Assembly (NCBI GenBank): GCA_024231025.1
Contig: JAAEQW010000090.1
Coordinates: forward strand, 21,490 to 85,489
Source of the DNA: Candidatus Omnitrophota bacterium
Lineage (GTDB): Bacteria; Omnitrophota; Gorgyraeia; Duberdicusellales; 4484-171
Direction: 5' to 3'
Length of the DNA stretch: 64,000 nt
Positions within the stretch are counted from its first letter, which is position 1. The number at the start of each line of letters is the position of its first letter. The notes beneath the pieces are model-generated. The model was not told the DNA's origin. It did no database searches and was given only the letters and a program-made list of their open reading frames with translations. Both the position numbers and the translations under genes were made by a program. This document shows positions 1-9,619 of the stretch, in pieces.

Positions 1-69
1 GCGCTTTTAGTTTTTCGTTAAGTTAATACTTACCACTTACAACTTAAAACTAAGCACTGTATCCTACAT

Positions 70-666
70 CTATTCATGATGCCTTTCGTACTCTAAATCA
101 TCTTTGAGGGTAGTATTCTCTTCCTTCGTTTTTTCTAATTCTTCTTCCAAGCTATCTGTCAGCTGCTTTGCTTTTATAGCACTTTTTTCCAGCTCGGCCT
201 GTTTTGTTTTGATCGTATCAAGTTCTTCTTGCAAACGAGCGCACTGTTTGGCAATATTTTCTTTCTCCTTAATAAAGGAGTCAATATCATCCTCCAATGC
301 CGTTATTTTGTTAATTAGTTCTTCATTCTCTTCTTTTATGCCATCAATACCAGCATTATCCTGCCTTAACGTATTTAGTTGTGCTTCATAAATTTTCTTC
401 TGCTGATAAATCTTTTCAACTAATTCAGCTTCTTTTGCCTGTGCATTTTGAAGCTTCTTTTCAACAGCACTATAGTCGGCGCGAGTAGCAACAGATTCAC
501 CCCCTAAAGAAGAGACCTTCTCTTCTAAACCACTCATCCGTTCGCCTAGAGAATCGCTTTCGGTTATTTTTCTCTTAGATTTTCCGGATTCAATTACTGG
601 TGCGATAAATTCAAAAGCAACAAGCGCTATCGCCGCAAAAACAAGTATTCCAACAACTATAATCAT
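70..666 (-). CDS. Membrane-anchored coiled-coil hypothetical protein
   Basis: N-terminal hydrophobic helix followed by a long E/K-rich heptad coiled coil; GGAG RBS upstream of the ATG. Confidence 0.75.
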   Translation of the reverse strand: MIIVVGILVFAAIALVAFEFIAPVIESGKSKRKITESDSLGERMSGLEEKVSSLGGESVATRADYSAVEKKLQNAQAKEAELVEKIYQQKKIYEAQLNTLRQDNAGIDGIKEENEELINKITALEDDIDSFIKEKENIAKQCARLQEELDTIKTKQAELEKSAIKAKQLTDSLEEELEKTKEENTTLKDDLEYERHHE

Positions 667-736
667 TTACTCCTCCACAACAATAAACCTACCATCTCTG
701 TACTCAATATAAACCACGCCTTTTACAGCTACGCAT

Positions 737-933
737 TGTCAAAAATTCCAAATTCCAATACACAAATTACAAACAAATTACCCGCCTGCCGGCGGGCAGG
801 CAATTCCAAATGATCAAAATATCAAACAAAATAAGACACTATTGTTTTGTTCATTGGATTTTTGGTAATTGGATATTGTTTGTGGTTTGTGATTTGTTAT
901 TTGGTATTTCATTTTTCTATAAAGATTTCGGCA
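737..933. repeat. About 195-bp imperfect palindromic, heptamer-periodic element (copy 1) with a GC-rich hairpin insert
   Basis: Left arm AAATTCC/AAATTAC repeats, right arm their complement (TTTGTGA/TTTGTTA/TTTGGTA); insert CCCGCCTGCCGGCGGGCAGG at 781-800; shares ends with 24647-24837. Confidence 0.75.
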
Positions 934-1052
934 TTATCTACTGCTAAAATTCTACCACTCCTTTGAAGTTTCCTCAACAAAAATTAAAACGCGATAAAGA
1001 TTGTAAAGATTATGAAAAAAAGATATAATAAAACTACCATTAAGGAGGGTAT

Positions 1053-1385
1053 ATGAAATTTAAAAAAATATTCGTTAAAAACGTGTGGTTCGAAATAATA
1101 GTTCTTTCTGTTGTTAATACAGTTTTACTGGGAATACTCATTTGGGGCTATAGCCTTTCATCAAGATTGCCGGCAATGCTGGTATTTTTGCTGTTTCTAT
1201 TCTCGGTAATTATTCACTCGTATAAGCACAAGTTTGAAAGCCTCCAGTTTGACCTTTCTAAAAAAGGTAAACTCATGATATTCATGCGTGCCTGCTTGCC
1301 ATACATACTGCAGACATTGCTCTACACGCAATGCGCTTTATTAGTGGCCTGGATATTGTTTAACATGAGTGCCGGCGGTAAGTAA
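1053..1385 (+). CDS. Small membrane protein (3 predicted TM helices)
   Basis: Strong AAGGAGG RBS, TATAAT upstream, hydrophobic segments. Confidence 0.7.
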   Translation: MKFKKIFVKNVWFEIIVLSVVNTVLLGILIWGYSLSSRLPAMLVFLLFLFSVIIHSYKHKFESLQFDLSKKGKLMIFMRACLPYILQTLLYTQCALLVAWILFNMSAGGK

Positions 1386-1386
1386 C

Positions 1387-1944
1387 CTATTTGCTGCCAT
1401 CAAACCAAAAATGATTTTTACGCGCTATAGATAAATCTACAATCTCATGTAGATCGGGAGCGAGCCGGAGGGCGTCGTAAATACTACGATCAAAAGTGCA
1501 AAGCTCAACATGTTTACCATAACGACCCTTAACCTCTTGAATAACTTCTACAAAATCTGAATCACCGGTAACTATAACGGCTACATCATATTGATTGGAA
1601 ACAGCCTTGGAAAACATGTCCAAAGCAATTTTCACATCAAGACCTTTTTGCATCCATGTCTTGCCGATATGCACTAGGCGACCAAGTTTAACTTCAAAAT
1701 AAGGAATACCCAACTTAAGTTGCCTGAAATATTCGTGCTGTTCCTGGTATGTTTGAGGATTTTCTGTTTTGCTAAATTCAGCAGAATAATAGTAACAACG
1801 AATCAACTTTCGTTTGCCGGTAATCCACCTTATTATGTTTTTCCAATCAATGTCTTTGCGCTTTATAGGCTTTTTTAAGCCCTTTAGATCCTTCATTTTC
1901 TGAACTACATATTCAGCATCAATAAAAATCATTACTCGTGTCAT
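1387..1944 (-). CDS. NYN domain (LabA/DUF88, PIN-like) protein
   Basis: Motifs [23 protein letters not shown]. Confidence 0.92.
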   Translation of the reverse strand: MTRVMIFIDAEYVVQKMKDLKGLKKPIKRKDIDWKNIIRWITGKRKLIRCYYYSAEFSKTENPQTYQEQHEYFRQLKLGIPYFEVKLGRLVHIGKTWMQKGLDVKIALDMFSKAVSNQYDVAVIVTGDSDFVEVIQEVKGRYGKHVELCTFDRSIYDALRLAPDLHEIVDLSIARKNHFWFDGSK

Positions 1945-2070
1945 TATTCCTCCTTTTGTTAAATAGCCAAATTACAAGGTGTAAATTCCAATATTTAATT
2001 ACCAAACCGCTTGCTTATCGGATATTTTTGGGCAAGTAGTGTTGATAAATAAAGACAAGAAGTAAAAATA

Positions 2071-2191
2071 GTTTTCCAGGCAGGCCCTGAGACCTTAAAA
2101 GCATGGTATCCGAAACGAAGTGAAGGATTTTTAAGGTCGAAGCGCCAACGAAAGTCATCGCTGGATGACTTAAGTGGTGCCAAGAAAATTG
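2071..2191 (-). other. Multi-branch stem-loop element upstream of the NYN gene (repeat or candidate structured RNA)
   Basis: Hairpins AAGTCATC/GATGACTT and GACCTTAAAA/TTTTAAGGTC enclosed by an outer TTTTCTTGGCA/TGCCTGGAAAA stem. Confidence 0.4.
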
Positions 2192-2267
2192 GTTTCTACT
2201 TCTTATTTAGTCTAGCATACATTTCTCCTTGCAGCAACTCACAATCCTGTGATATAATTCGTTTATC

Positions 2268-2714
2268 ATGTTAACAGACAAAATTTATCAAGACTACGTA
2301 ACTGCCTTAAAAGCAAAGAACAAACAAAAATCTGAATTCTTGAGTTTTGTTCGCGCCGCTTTTAAAAATAAATCTATCGAACTTAAAAAAGATTCTCTCA
2401 GTGATGATGAAATTTTGGCGGTTCTGAAAACTCAGAAAAAAAGACTTCAAGACACCAAAGACAGTGTTGCTTCATCCAAAAGGCAAGATTTAATCGAACA
2501 AGCAGAAAGAGAAATCACGATTCTCAATGAGTATCTTCCAAAAGCCATGGACGAGAGTGAACTCATAGAAATAATTGATAAAGTAATCCAAGAAACAGGT
2601 GCCTCATCCCCTAAAGATATGGGCGCTGTAATGAAAGAAGTTATCGCAAGATCAGCCGGTCGAGCCGACTCAAAAAAAATAAGCGAAATAGTAAAAACTA
2701 AACTTATCTCTTAA
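2268..2714 (+). CDS. yqeY: GatB/YqeY domain protein
   Basis: Typical YqeY motifs (EREITILNEYLP, KDMGAVMKEV, GRAD). Confidence 0.9.
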   Translation: MLTDKIYQDYVTALKAKNKQKSEFLSFVRAAFKNKSIELKKDSLSDDEILAVLKTQKKRLQDTKDSVASSKRQDLIEQAEREITILNEYLPKAMDESELIEIIDKVIQETGASSPKDMGAVMKEVIARSAGRADSKKISEIVKTKLIS

Positions 2715-2998
2715 TTCTGTTCGCCAGTCGAATCCTTCAACATACTCTGAATAAATTCACTTACCGGATGTGTTTTATTGTTGATGGCACTGTTAACTAA
2801 GGTGTCCAGCTTGCCCGGAGATTCTATGATGCGTCTTATTTTGTCGAGATTAAAATCAACTTCATTATTAAAATAATCTGCTAGATCGACCATAAATTGA
2901 TCGACGCTATAATTATTACAATAATCGCCAAGCTCAAAAAACTTTTCTTCTCTTTGCTTGCGACGAAATTGGATATCTTCGTTATCGTTATTTTTCAT
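2711..2998 (-). CDS. Hypothetical protein translationally coupled to EF-G
   Basis: 95-aa ORF whose ATG overlaps the fusA stop codon (TAATG). Confidence 0.65.
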   Translation of the reverse strand: MKNNDNEDIQFRRKQREEKFFELGDYCNNYSVDQFMVDLADYFNNEVDFNLDKIRRIIESPGKLDTLVNSAINNKTHPVSEFIQSMLKDSTGEQN

Positions 2999-5094
2999 TA
3001 TTTATTTTCGGCTCGTTTCTTATCTTCAATTACTTTCTCAGCTATTTCAAAAGGCACCTCTACGTATTTTTCAAAATGCATCGAATAACTTGCTCTGCCA
3101 CTAGTCAAAGAACGCAATGTTGTCGCATAGCCAAACATCTCAGAAAGAGGTGCCTCACAAGAAACAACCTGCGTGGACCCTTTTGTTTCTATTCCAAGTA
3201 CCTTGCCTCGCTTAGAGCATATGTGACCAACAACTGAACCTACATATTCTTCGGGTGTTGTAATCTCAAGTGACATGTGCGGTTCAAGCAAAACCGGTTC
3301 ACTCTTCATAAACGCCTTCTTAAAACACTCTCTAGCCGCAAGTTTAAACGCAAGTTCTGAAGAGTCAACTTCATGATATGACCCATCAACCAACTCAACT
3401 TTAACATCTACCACTGAAAAACCAGCGTATACGCCCTTTTTCATAACCTCAATTAAACCTTTCTCGATTGCTGGAATATATTCCTTAGGTATCGCCCCTC
3501 CCTTGATGCTATTAGTAAATTCAAACCCCTCTCCGGGTTTGGAAGGAGAAACGTTCATAACAACATGGCCATACTGCCCTCTTCCACCAGTTTGCTTAGA
3601 ATGCTTATACTCTTGCTCGATTGAATTAAGGATTGTTTCTTTAAAGGCAACTTTTGGCTGCCCAACATCAGCGACAACGCTAAATTCATGCTTTAATCTA
3701 TCAACAATAACCTCCAGATGCAGTTCTCCCATACCGGAAATTACTGTTTCCTCAGTTTCTTTATCGCTGTGTACACTAAAAGTAGGATCTTCCTCTGAAA
3801 GTTTCATTAAGGCCTTGCCAAGCTTATCCTGATCGGTACGACTCCCCGACTTAATGCTAATTGCAATTACCGGAGCAGGGAATTCAATTGCTTCCAAAAG
3901 AATCTGATTTTCTAAACAAGATAGTGTATCGCCTGTAACAGTATGATCCAACCCAATCGCCGCAGCAATATCACCAGCATAAATATTTGAACGACTTTCT
4001 CTTTGATTAGCATGCATCTGTAGAATCCTGCCGATCCGTTCTTTTCTGCCCTTGGTGACGTTAATAACATATGAACCTGCGTCCAACGACCCTGAGTACA
4101 CTCTAAAATAAACTAGCTTTCCCATATGCGGATCAGCTTGAACTTTAAAAGCAAGGGCTGAAAAAGGTTCACTATCGCAAGCATTACGTTTTAATTTTTT
4201 TTCCGGATCGTCAGGATCCGACCCCTCTACTCCAGGCAAATCTGCCGGTGATGGAAGATACGAAGTTACAGCATCAAGCAAGCGCTGAACCCCTTTATTC
4301 TTGAAAGCCGAACCGCAAAGAACAGGAACTATTTTGTTAGCAATCGTCCCTTTACGAATCGCAGCAATCAACTCATCCTTTTCTATTTTGTCTTCAGATT
4401 CTAAGTATTTCTCCATCAAAGTATCTTCAAGTTCAACTGCCTTCTCAACCATAATATGATGATAATCTTTGGCTACTTCTTTATAGTCATCTGGAATTTC
4501 TTCAACATGAAAATTCTTACCCATAGAATCATCGTCATAAATATAAGCCTTCATTTCTATAAGATCAATAATGCCATGAAAATTATCTTCGGCGCCAATA
4601 GGAATTTGCAAAGGAATAACATTCGCGCCTAAATCTGCTTCAATCGCCTTAACGACTGAAAAGAAATCCGCACCAACGCGATCCATCTTATTTATAAACG
4701 CAAGCTTAGGAACTTTATACTTATCTGACTGACGCCAAACAGTTTCAGATTGAGGCTCAACCCCTCCAACCGCACAAAAAATAGCTACTGCTCCATCTAA
4801 AATACGCAAACTCCGCTCAACCTCTACTGTAAAATCAACGTGCCCGGGGGTGTCGATAATATTAATGCGCCGGTCTTTCCAGTAGCAAGTTGTTGCCGCT
4901 GAGGTTATCGTAATCCCTCTTTCCTGCTCTTGCTTCATCCAATCCATTTGAGCTTTGCCATCGTGGACTTCACCTATCTTATGCGAGCGACCAGTATAAA
5001 ACAATATACGTTCAGTTACGGTGGTCTTGCCCGCGTCAATATGGGCCATAATGCCTATGTTTCTTACTTTTTCTAAATCAATCATTCGAGCCAT
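2998..5094 (-). CDS. fusA: Elongation factor G (stand-alone copy outside the str operon)
   Basis: [34 protein letters not shown], domain IV/V motifs; 698 aa; no rpsL/rpsG/tuf neighbours. Confidence 0.97.
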   Translation of the reverse strand: MARMIDLEKVRNIGIMAHIDAGKTTVTERILFYTGRSHKIGEVHDGKAQMDWMKQEQERGITITSAATTCYWKDRRINIIDTPGHVDFTVEVERSLRILDGAVAIFCAVGGVEPQSETVWRQSDKYKVPKLAFINKMDRVGADFFSVVKAIEADLGANVIPLQIPIGAEDNFHGIIDLIEMKAYIYDDDSMGKNFHVEEIPDDYKEVAKDYHHIMVEKAVELEDTLMEKYLESEDKIEKDELIAAIRKGTIANKIVPVLCGSAFKNKGVQRLLDAVTSYLPSPADLPGVEGSDPDDPEKKLKRNACDSEPFSALAFKVQADPHMGKLVYFRVYSGSLDAGSYVINVTKGRKERIGRILQMHANQRESRSNIYAGDIAAAIGLDHTVTGDTLSCLENQILLEAIEFPAPVIAISIKSGSRTDQDKLGKALMKLSEEDPTFSVHSDKETEETVISGMGELHLEVIVDRLKHEFSVVADVGQPKVAFKETILNSIEQEYKHSKQTGGRGQYGHVVMNVSPSKPGEGFEFTNSIKGGAIPKEYIPAIEKGLIEVMKKGVYAGFSVVDVKVELVDGSYHEVDSSELAFKLAARECFKKAFMKSEPVLLEPHMSLEITTPEEYVGSVVGHICSKRGKVLGIETKGSTQVVSCEAPLSEMFGYATTLRSLTSGRASYSMHFEKYVEVPFEIAEKVIEDKKRAENK

Positions 5095-5291
5095 AATATT
5101 ACTCTCCTTATCTTTTAAATTCCGTCATCAAATAATAAAATTCTAATATCTAAATGCGAAACCCTAAACAAATTCTAAGTTTGAATTTTGGTTATTGCTA
5201 AGAGGCGAGCCTGAAAAAATTATTTGTTAAAACCAGCGGATTTACAACACATTCCAAATTGCCTGCATAAAACTAGAGTTCGCCAATGAGC

Positions 5292-5456
5292 TTATCTGCC
5301 CTTTCTTTTGGCTTTTTCTCTCCTTTTTTGAGACGGCTTAACGTAATGTTGTCTTTCTCTATATTCTTTTAGAATACCTTCTCTTTTACACTGAACCTTA
5401 AACTTTCTCAATGCTCTTTCGAAATCTTCTCTTCTCTCGATCGTTACTTCTGCCAT
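5292..5456 (-). CDS. rpsU: 30S ribosomal protein bS21 (paralog 1; not in ORF track)
   Basis: Manual translation MAEVTIERREDFERALRKFKVQCKREGILKEYRERQHYVKPSQKRREKAKRKGR*; ALRKFK and KPS motifs of S21. Confidence 0.93.
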   Translation of the reverse strand: MAEVTIERREDFERALRKFKVQCKREGILKEYRERQHYVKPSQKRREKAKRKGR

Positions 5457-5569
5457 GTTTTTACCCCCATTAAATTAGGGAAAATTATACCGTACTTTCA
5501 GAATAATGCAATAAAAAAATCCCTTGAAAATTTCTTTGAAAAAAGGAGCGATTTTGGTATACTCTTACT

Positions 5570-6940
5570 ATGTTTACAGACATTGTTGCCAAACAACAGA
5601 ATTTTTTTTACGAAGGGTCAACAAAAAGCCTTTCATTTCGTGTTAAACAACTCCAAAAGCTAAAAAGTATAGTAAAAAGTAGCGAAAAGGATATTCTCAA
5701 GGCCCTAAAACAAGACTTAAATCGCCCTCCCCTCGAGAGCTATGCCTCAGAAGTCGGCTTCATTTTAAGCGAAATAAGCTACACCTTAAAGAATATTCAC
5801 AACTGGATGAGCCCTAAAAAAGTAAAACTACCAATTACTTACTTTGGAACAAAAGCCTTCATTGTGCCTGAACCGCTGGGATTAGCCTTGATTTTTGGCA
5901 CCTGGAACTACCCCTTTCTTTTATCGCTACTTCCTTTAGCAGGTGCAATATCGTCTGGTAATTGCGCCATTGTTAAGCCATCGGAATATGCCGCTACCTC
6001 ATCCAATATTATAAAAAAAATAATTAACGACAACTTTGATCCTGCTTTCATAACAGTTGCTGAAGGCGGAGTCACCGAAAGCGAAGCCCTACTTGCCCAA
6101 AAATTTGACTTTATATTTTTCACCGGTAATCCAAATATTGGGAAAATCGTAATGAGTGAGGCAGCAAAAACGCTTACCCCGGTAGCTCTTGAATTAGGCG
6201 GCAAAAGCCCTTGCATTGTGCACAAAGACGCAAATATAAAATTAGCTGCAGAAAAAATTGCTTGGGCAAAATTTATCAACGCCGGACAAACATGTGTCGC
6301 ACCTGACTATCTTTTAGTTCACAACCAAATAAAAGAAGAATTAATAAGACATATTAAAGAATACATAACAAAATTTTACGGAAAAAATCCTGCCGAAAGC
6401 CCTGACTACTGTCGGATAATTAACGAGAAACACTTTGACCGCCTCAGCGCATTTCTGCGTTCTGGAAACATTATAATCGGCGGACAAACCAATCGTGATA
6501 ATTTATATATCGCACCAACCGTAATTGATAACGTCTTCTCTCTTGAATCAGCAATAATGGAAGAGGAAATATTTGGTCCAATCATTCCAATTATTCCTTA
6601 CGAAGATATTCGTAGAGCCGTTTCGATAATCAGATCTAAACCAAAACCATTGGCTGCTTATATTTTTTGCGATGACTCAAACACAGAAAACTATATCCTT
6701 AATCGGGTCTCCTGCGGAAGTGTTTGCATAAATGATATTATGCTGCAAACTTCCACCTACGCCCTTCCATTTGGCGGGGTGGGAGAAAGCGGCATGGGTC
6801 GCTACCATGGTAAGGCTAGCTTTGACACCTTTTCTAATTTCAAAAGTATTCTTCAAGCACCAAAATCTTTTGACATTAAACTCAGATACCCGCCTTATAA
6901 AACGTCTAGTTTGAAAATTATGAAACTTTTCCTACGGTAA
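5570..6940 (+). CDS. NAD(P)-dependent aldehyde dehydrogenase (ALDH3/YwdH-like)
   Basis: WNYP, FFTG, LELGGKSP, NAGQTCVAPDY, EEIFGP, PFGGVGESGMG. Confidence 0.95.
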   Translation: MFTDIVAKQQNFFYEGSTKSLSFRVKQLQKLKSIVKSSEKDILKALKQDLNRPPLESYASEVGFILSEISYTLKNIHNWMSPKKVKLPITYFGTKAFIVPEPLGLALIFGTWNYPFLLSLLPLAGAISSGNCAIVKPSEYAATSSNIIKKIINDNFDPAFITVAEGGVTESEALLAQKFDFIFFTGNPNIGKIVMSEAAKTLTPVALELGGKSPCIVHKDANIKLAAEKIAWAKFINAGQTCVAPDYLLVHNQIKEELIRHIKEYITKFYGKNPAESPDYCRIINEKHFDRLSAFLRSGNIIIGGQTNRDNLYIAPTVIDNVFSLESAIMEEEIFGPIIPIIPYEDIRRAVSIIRSKPKPLAAYIFCDDSNTENYILNRVSCGSVCINDIMLQTSTYALPFGGVGESGMGRYHGKASFDTFSNFKSILQAPKSFDIKLRYPPYKTSSLKIMKLFLR

Positions 6941-6960
6941 GAATTTTAAAGTCGTGCAGA

Positions 6961-7230
6961 TTATTTCTCTTTTATTATCGTAACTCTATCATTAAGAAAA
7001 TAAACATACGTATGCTTGTCGCCAAAATAATAATGCCAAATAGCATTTTGCCCCTTAAAAGAAACATTGTGCGGATTACCCAACATATTCATAACATCTG
7101 TTGTAGAAGAAGATTTTTCGATTTCGCCAAATGGTGTGTTATAGGCAATCGGCTTTTGCTGAGCATAGCAAGCAGACAAAAAAACTAAAAAGCACATCAA
7201 AACTAATTTATTAAAAATACTTTTTCTCAT
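6961..7230 (-). CDS. Small lipoprotein, BamE/SmpA-like
   Basis: Lipobox LSAC, then DV..MLGNP...WHY pattern. Confidence 0.6.
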   Translation of the reverse strand: MRKSIFNKLVLMCFLVFLSACYAQQKPIAYNTPFGEIEKSSSTTDVMNMLGNPHNVSFKGQNAIWHYYFGDKHTYVYFLNDRVTIIKEK

Positions 7231-7631
7231 TAACTTATTTGGTCTTCGGTAGCACGCATTACTCTAGAATAGGAAACAGCTTTTTCAATTAGTGAAGATA
7301 TTTTATCCATATCAAAAGGTTTGGTTATATAGTTATAGGCACCCAAGGCTAAAGCTTTATCAATCGTATCATCAGAAGGAAAAGCCGTCATGATAATGAT
7401 TACCAATTTAGAATCAGTTTCTCTAATTTTACTCAAAACAGATAAACCGTCAACACTCGGCATTCTTATATCAAGCATTACCGCATCATATTGATTATTT
7501 TCGATAGACTCTAACCCTTCTTCTCCAGAAGCAACAAAGACAACTTCATATTCTTCTTTAGTCAACCAATTGATTAAAGCTGTACCAACTGGTGTCTCAT
7601 CATCAATAATTAAAATTTTTCCTTTTTCCAT
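7230..7631 (-). CDS. Single-domain response regulator (receiver)
   Basis: IIDDE, LDIRMP, MTA, KPF motifs. Confidence 0.92.
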   Translation of the reverse strand: MEKGKILIIDDETPVGTALINWLTKEEYEVVFVASGEEGLESIENNQYDAVMLDIRMPSVDGLSVLSKIRETDSKLVIIIMTAFPSDDTIDKALALGAYNYITKPFDMDKISSLIEKAVSYSRVMRATEDQIS

Positions 7632-7645
7632 TTCTACTCTTTAAG

Positions 7646-8005
7646 CTAACTAGCGTCTACTGCTGCTTTTTTTCTGGCAATGCCATCTATGTACCCAATA
7701 ATTTTATTGCGAAAAAAAGAATCCATTTCAATAAACTTTGCACCAACCAAAAATCTAGAATTTATCTCTTTATTATCACTGCACCAAACCACTTCACTTG
7801 AAGCTGATATTGGTTTTTTAAATCCCGGAAGGCTGATGTCTAAACTAAGAAGCACCCCCGGTTCTAACTTTTGAAAAGTAGGGAAGCTCACCCCTCCACC
7901 TGAAATATCATCACTAGTAGCAGAACCACCCAAAAGAGCACCTGCCAGTCTATGGCTTACACGCAAAGGTTCATTTGCCCTAATAAATTCGCGACGTTCC
8001 ATCAT
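7646..8005 (-). CDS. PilZ domain protein (c-di-GMP binding)
   Basis: RxxxR (RREFIR) and DxSxxG (DISGGG) motifs. Confidence 0.88.
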   Translation of the reverse strand: MMERREFIRANEPLRVSHRLAGALLGGSATSDDISGGGVSFPTFQKLEPGVLLSLDISLPGFKKPISASSEVVWCSDNKEINSRFLVGAKFIEMDSFFRNKIIGYIDGIARKKAAVDAS

Positions 8006-8062
8006 AAAACTATATTACTACACCAAACAACGCAATTCAACTTTTATTTGGATTTGACTCAT

Positions 8063-8401
8063 CTAAAGTTGATTAAAAATCATATTGTAATACGCAAAAA
8101 CCGATTTCAAAGAATTGATAAGCATCACCATCAAAGTAATACTTAAAACACTAACCACACCACTTACAATTATTTTTGTTTTTTGCGTATAACGAGGATT
8201 ATACCAAAGTAATGGCAAAGCAAAAGGCGCAAGAGGGCCAAGAGAAAGCAGCGTAATAACAAGTATGTGAGTTTTAAAATACCATTTAATCGGTTCCTTA
8301 TTGACTGACTGTTTCACTCGCGCATCTAAAAACTCACCACAATAACGGCATTTAATAGCTTCATCCTGAATCTCTTCGGCACAATAACGACATTTCTTCA
8401 T
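8063..8401 (-). CDS. Zinc-ribbon membrane protein
   Basis: [23 protein letters not shown] double CxxC followed by two TM segments; start moved to ATG 8401. Confidence 0.85.
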   Translation of the reverse strand: MKKCRYCAEEIQDEAIKCRYCGEFLDARVKQSVNKEPIKWYFKTHILVITLLSLGPLAPFALPLLWYNPRYTQKTKIIVSGVVSVLSITLMVMLINSLKSVFAYYNMIFNQL

Positions 8402-8431
8402 AATTGTTTTATTATAGCACCAGAGCAAAGG

Positions 8432-8640
8432 GCAGACAATAGACCATCAATAGACCAAAGACCATAGACAAGAGACCAGAGACAATCGATCTAGTTGTAA
8501 GTTATAGGTTTTAAGTTCGGAAAATTCCGGACCAGAGACCATAGACCGTTGGTCTAGCTATAAGTAGGGGCACAGCGCGCTGTGCCCTTGCGGACAATTT
8601 CATTAAATAATACCTCGTTACCAAACCCCCAAAGGTAACG
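8432..8640. repeat. Cluster of short repeats: AGACCAT/AGACAAT heptamers, GTAG-type palindrome (8564-8588) and CTCGTTACC...GGTAACG palindrome (8614-8640)
   Basis: Direct reading of tandem heptamers and hairpins such as GTAGGGGCACAGCGCGCTGTGCCC. Confidence 0.65.
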
Positions 8641-8725
8641 TGGTTTTCGGGTGTGTTGCTGGGTTGTATTAATTCCAAACGCTTGGTTTTTGGTTATTGT
8701 AATCTAGAGAAATATATTTCGCAAA

Positions 8726-8860
8726 TTACTTATATGCGGATCCACGATTATCTGCGGATAACATAATTACCAGTTTTCTGCTTTCTTCAATTTCGTAAAA
8801 AAAACGATATCCACCAATACGATATCGCCAGGTAGAAGGGGTATAGTTAGTAAGTTTTGG
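8726..8860 (-). pseudogene. 3' remnant of a RelE/ParE-family toxin gene
   Basis: Manual translation KLTNYTPSTWRYRIGGYRFFYEIEESRKLVIMLSADNRGSAYK*; no start codon, in-frame stops immediately upstream. Confidence 0.75.
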
Positions 8861-8887
8861 GTTAGCGGAAAACTGACGAGATTATTA

Positions 8888-9247
8888 TCACTCTCTGCCT
8901 TGGGTGCGGTTCATATCCTCTAATACATTCTGAATATCCACTTTTGTTTCAGGAATATTTTTAGTTATAATTTCCCAAACAATATCTAAATCAACTCCAA
9001 AATACTCATGGATTGTAATATTGCGTAGTCCGACCATCTTTTTCCAGGGTATATTTTGATATTTCTCCTTAATATCTTCGGGTACATTCCTTGCGGCTTC
9101 ACCGATAATTTCGATTTTGCGAATAACTGCATCCTCTACCATTTCATTCTCGGAAAAATCTTCATAAGATAAGCCTTTTATATATTCTTCAATCCTATTC
9201 ATCGCTCCTAATATATCTTCGATGAACAGTTTATAATTTCTTTTCAT
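8888..9247 (-). CDS. HepT-like HEPN RNase toxin (DUF86)
   Basis: DAVIRKIEIIGEA, IPW, RNITIHEY (R-X4-H), VDLDIVW. Confidence 0.93.
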   Translation of the reverse strand: MKRNYKLFIEDILGAMNRIEEYIKGLSYEDFSENEMVEDAVIRKIEIIGEAARNVPEDIKEKYQNIPWKKMVGLRNITIHEYFGVDLDIVWEIITKNIPETKVDIQNVLEDMNRTQGRE

Positions 9248-9534
9248 ACGTACACTACTTCTTTTAGAATCGCGTCTCTCAATTGGGGCTTTAAGGCTTT
9301 CTTTGTTACCAGGTCCACTTTAATTCCCAAAGCATCCTCTAGAAAATTCTTTAAATCGATAAACTCCCAACCTATTTTACCAGAGAATTCTACCAAAAGA
9401 TCAACATCGCTTTCTTCAGACGCTTCTCCATGGACAAAAGAACCAAAAATACCAATATTTTTTACTTTAAATTCCTTTTGTAACCGTGGAGTGATTTTTC
9501 TCAAAATTTGTGTTATCTCTTCTCTTGTTTTCAT
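9244..9534 (-). CDS. MntA-like minimal nucleotidyltransferase antitoxin
   Basis: FGSFVHGEASEESDVDLL (GS-X10-DxD); 4-nt overlap with the HEPN gene. Confidence 0.93.
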   Translation of the reverse strand: MKTREEITQILRKITPRLQKEFKVKNIGIFGSFVHGEASEESDVDLLVEFSGKIGWEFIDLKNFLEDALGIKVDLVTKKALKPQLRDAILKEVVYV

Positions 9535-9575
9535 TTTAACAGCTCCTTTCCAAACCTCAGCCTCATGGCATATAT

Positions 9576-9603
9576 ATTATACTCCGCATATATTGACTTT
9601 CAA
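9576..9603 (-). promoter_or_regulatory. Sigma70-type promoter for the MNT-HepT pair
   Basis: TTGAAA-16 nt-TATAAT on the minus strand upstream of an AAAGGAG RBS. Confidence 0.55.
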
Positions 9604-9619
9604 TGATTTTCCACAACAA

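Noticed and set aside
104-391. Numerous short antisense ORFs across housekeeping genes (for example 104-391, 3503-3832, 5908-6279)
   Set aside because: They fully overlap well-supported genes on the opposite strand and have no motifs
1995-2183. 62-aa minus-strand ORF, and GGCACCA resembling a tRNA 3' end
   Set aside because: The ORF runs through a stem-loop element and has no recognisable protein features; no T-arm (GTTCRA) or cloverleaf precedes the CCA
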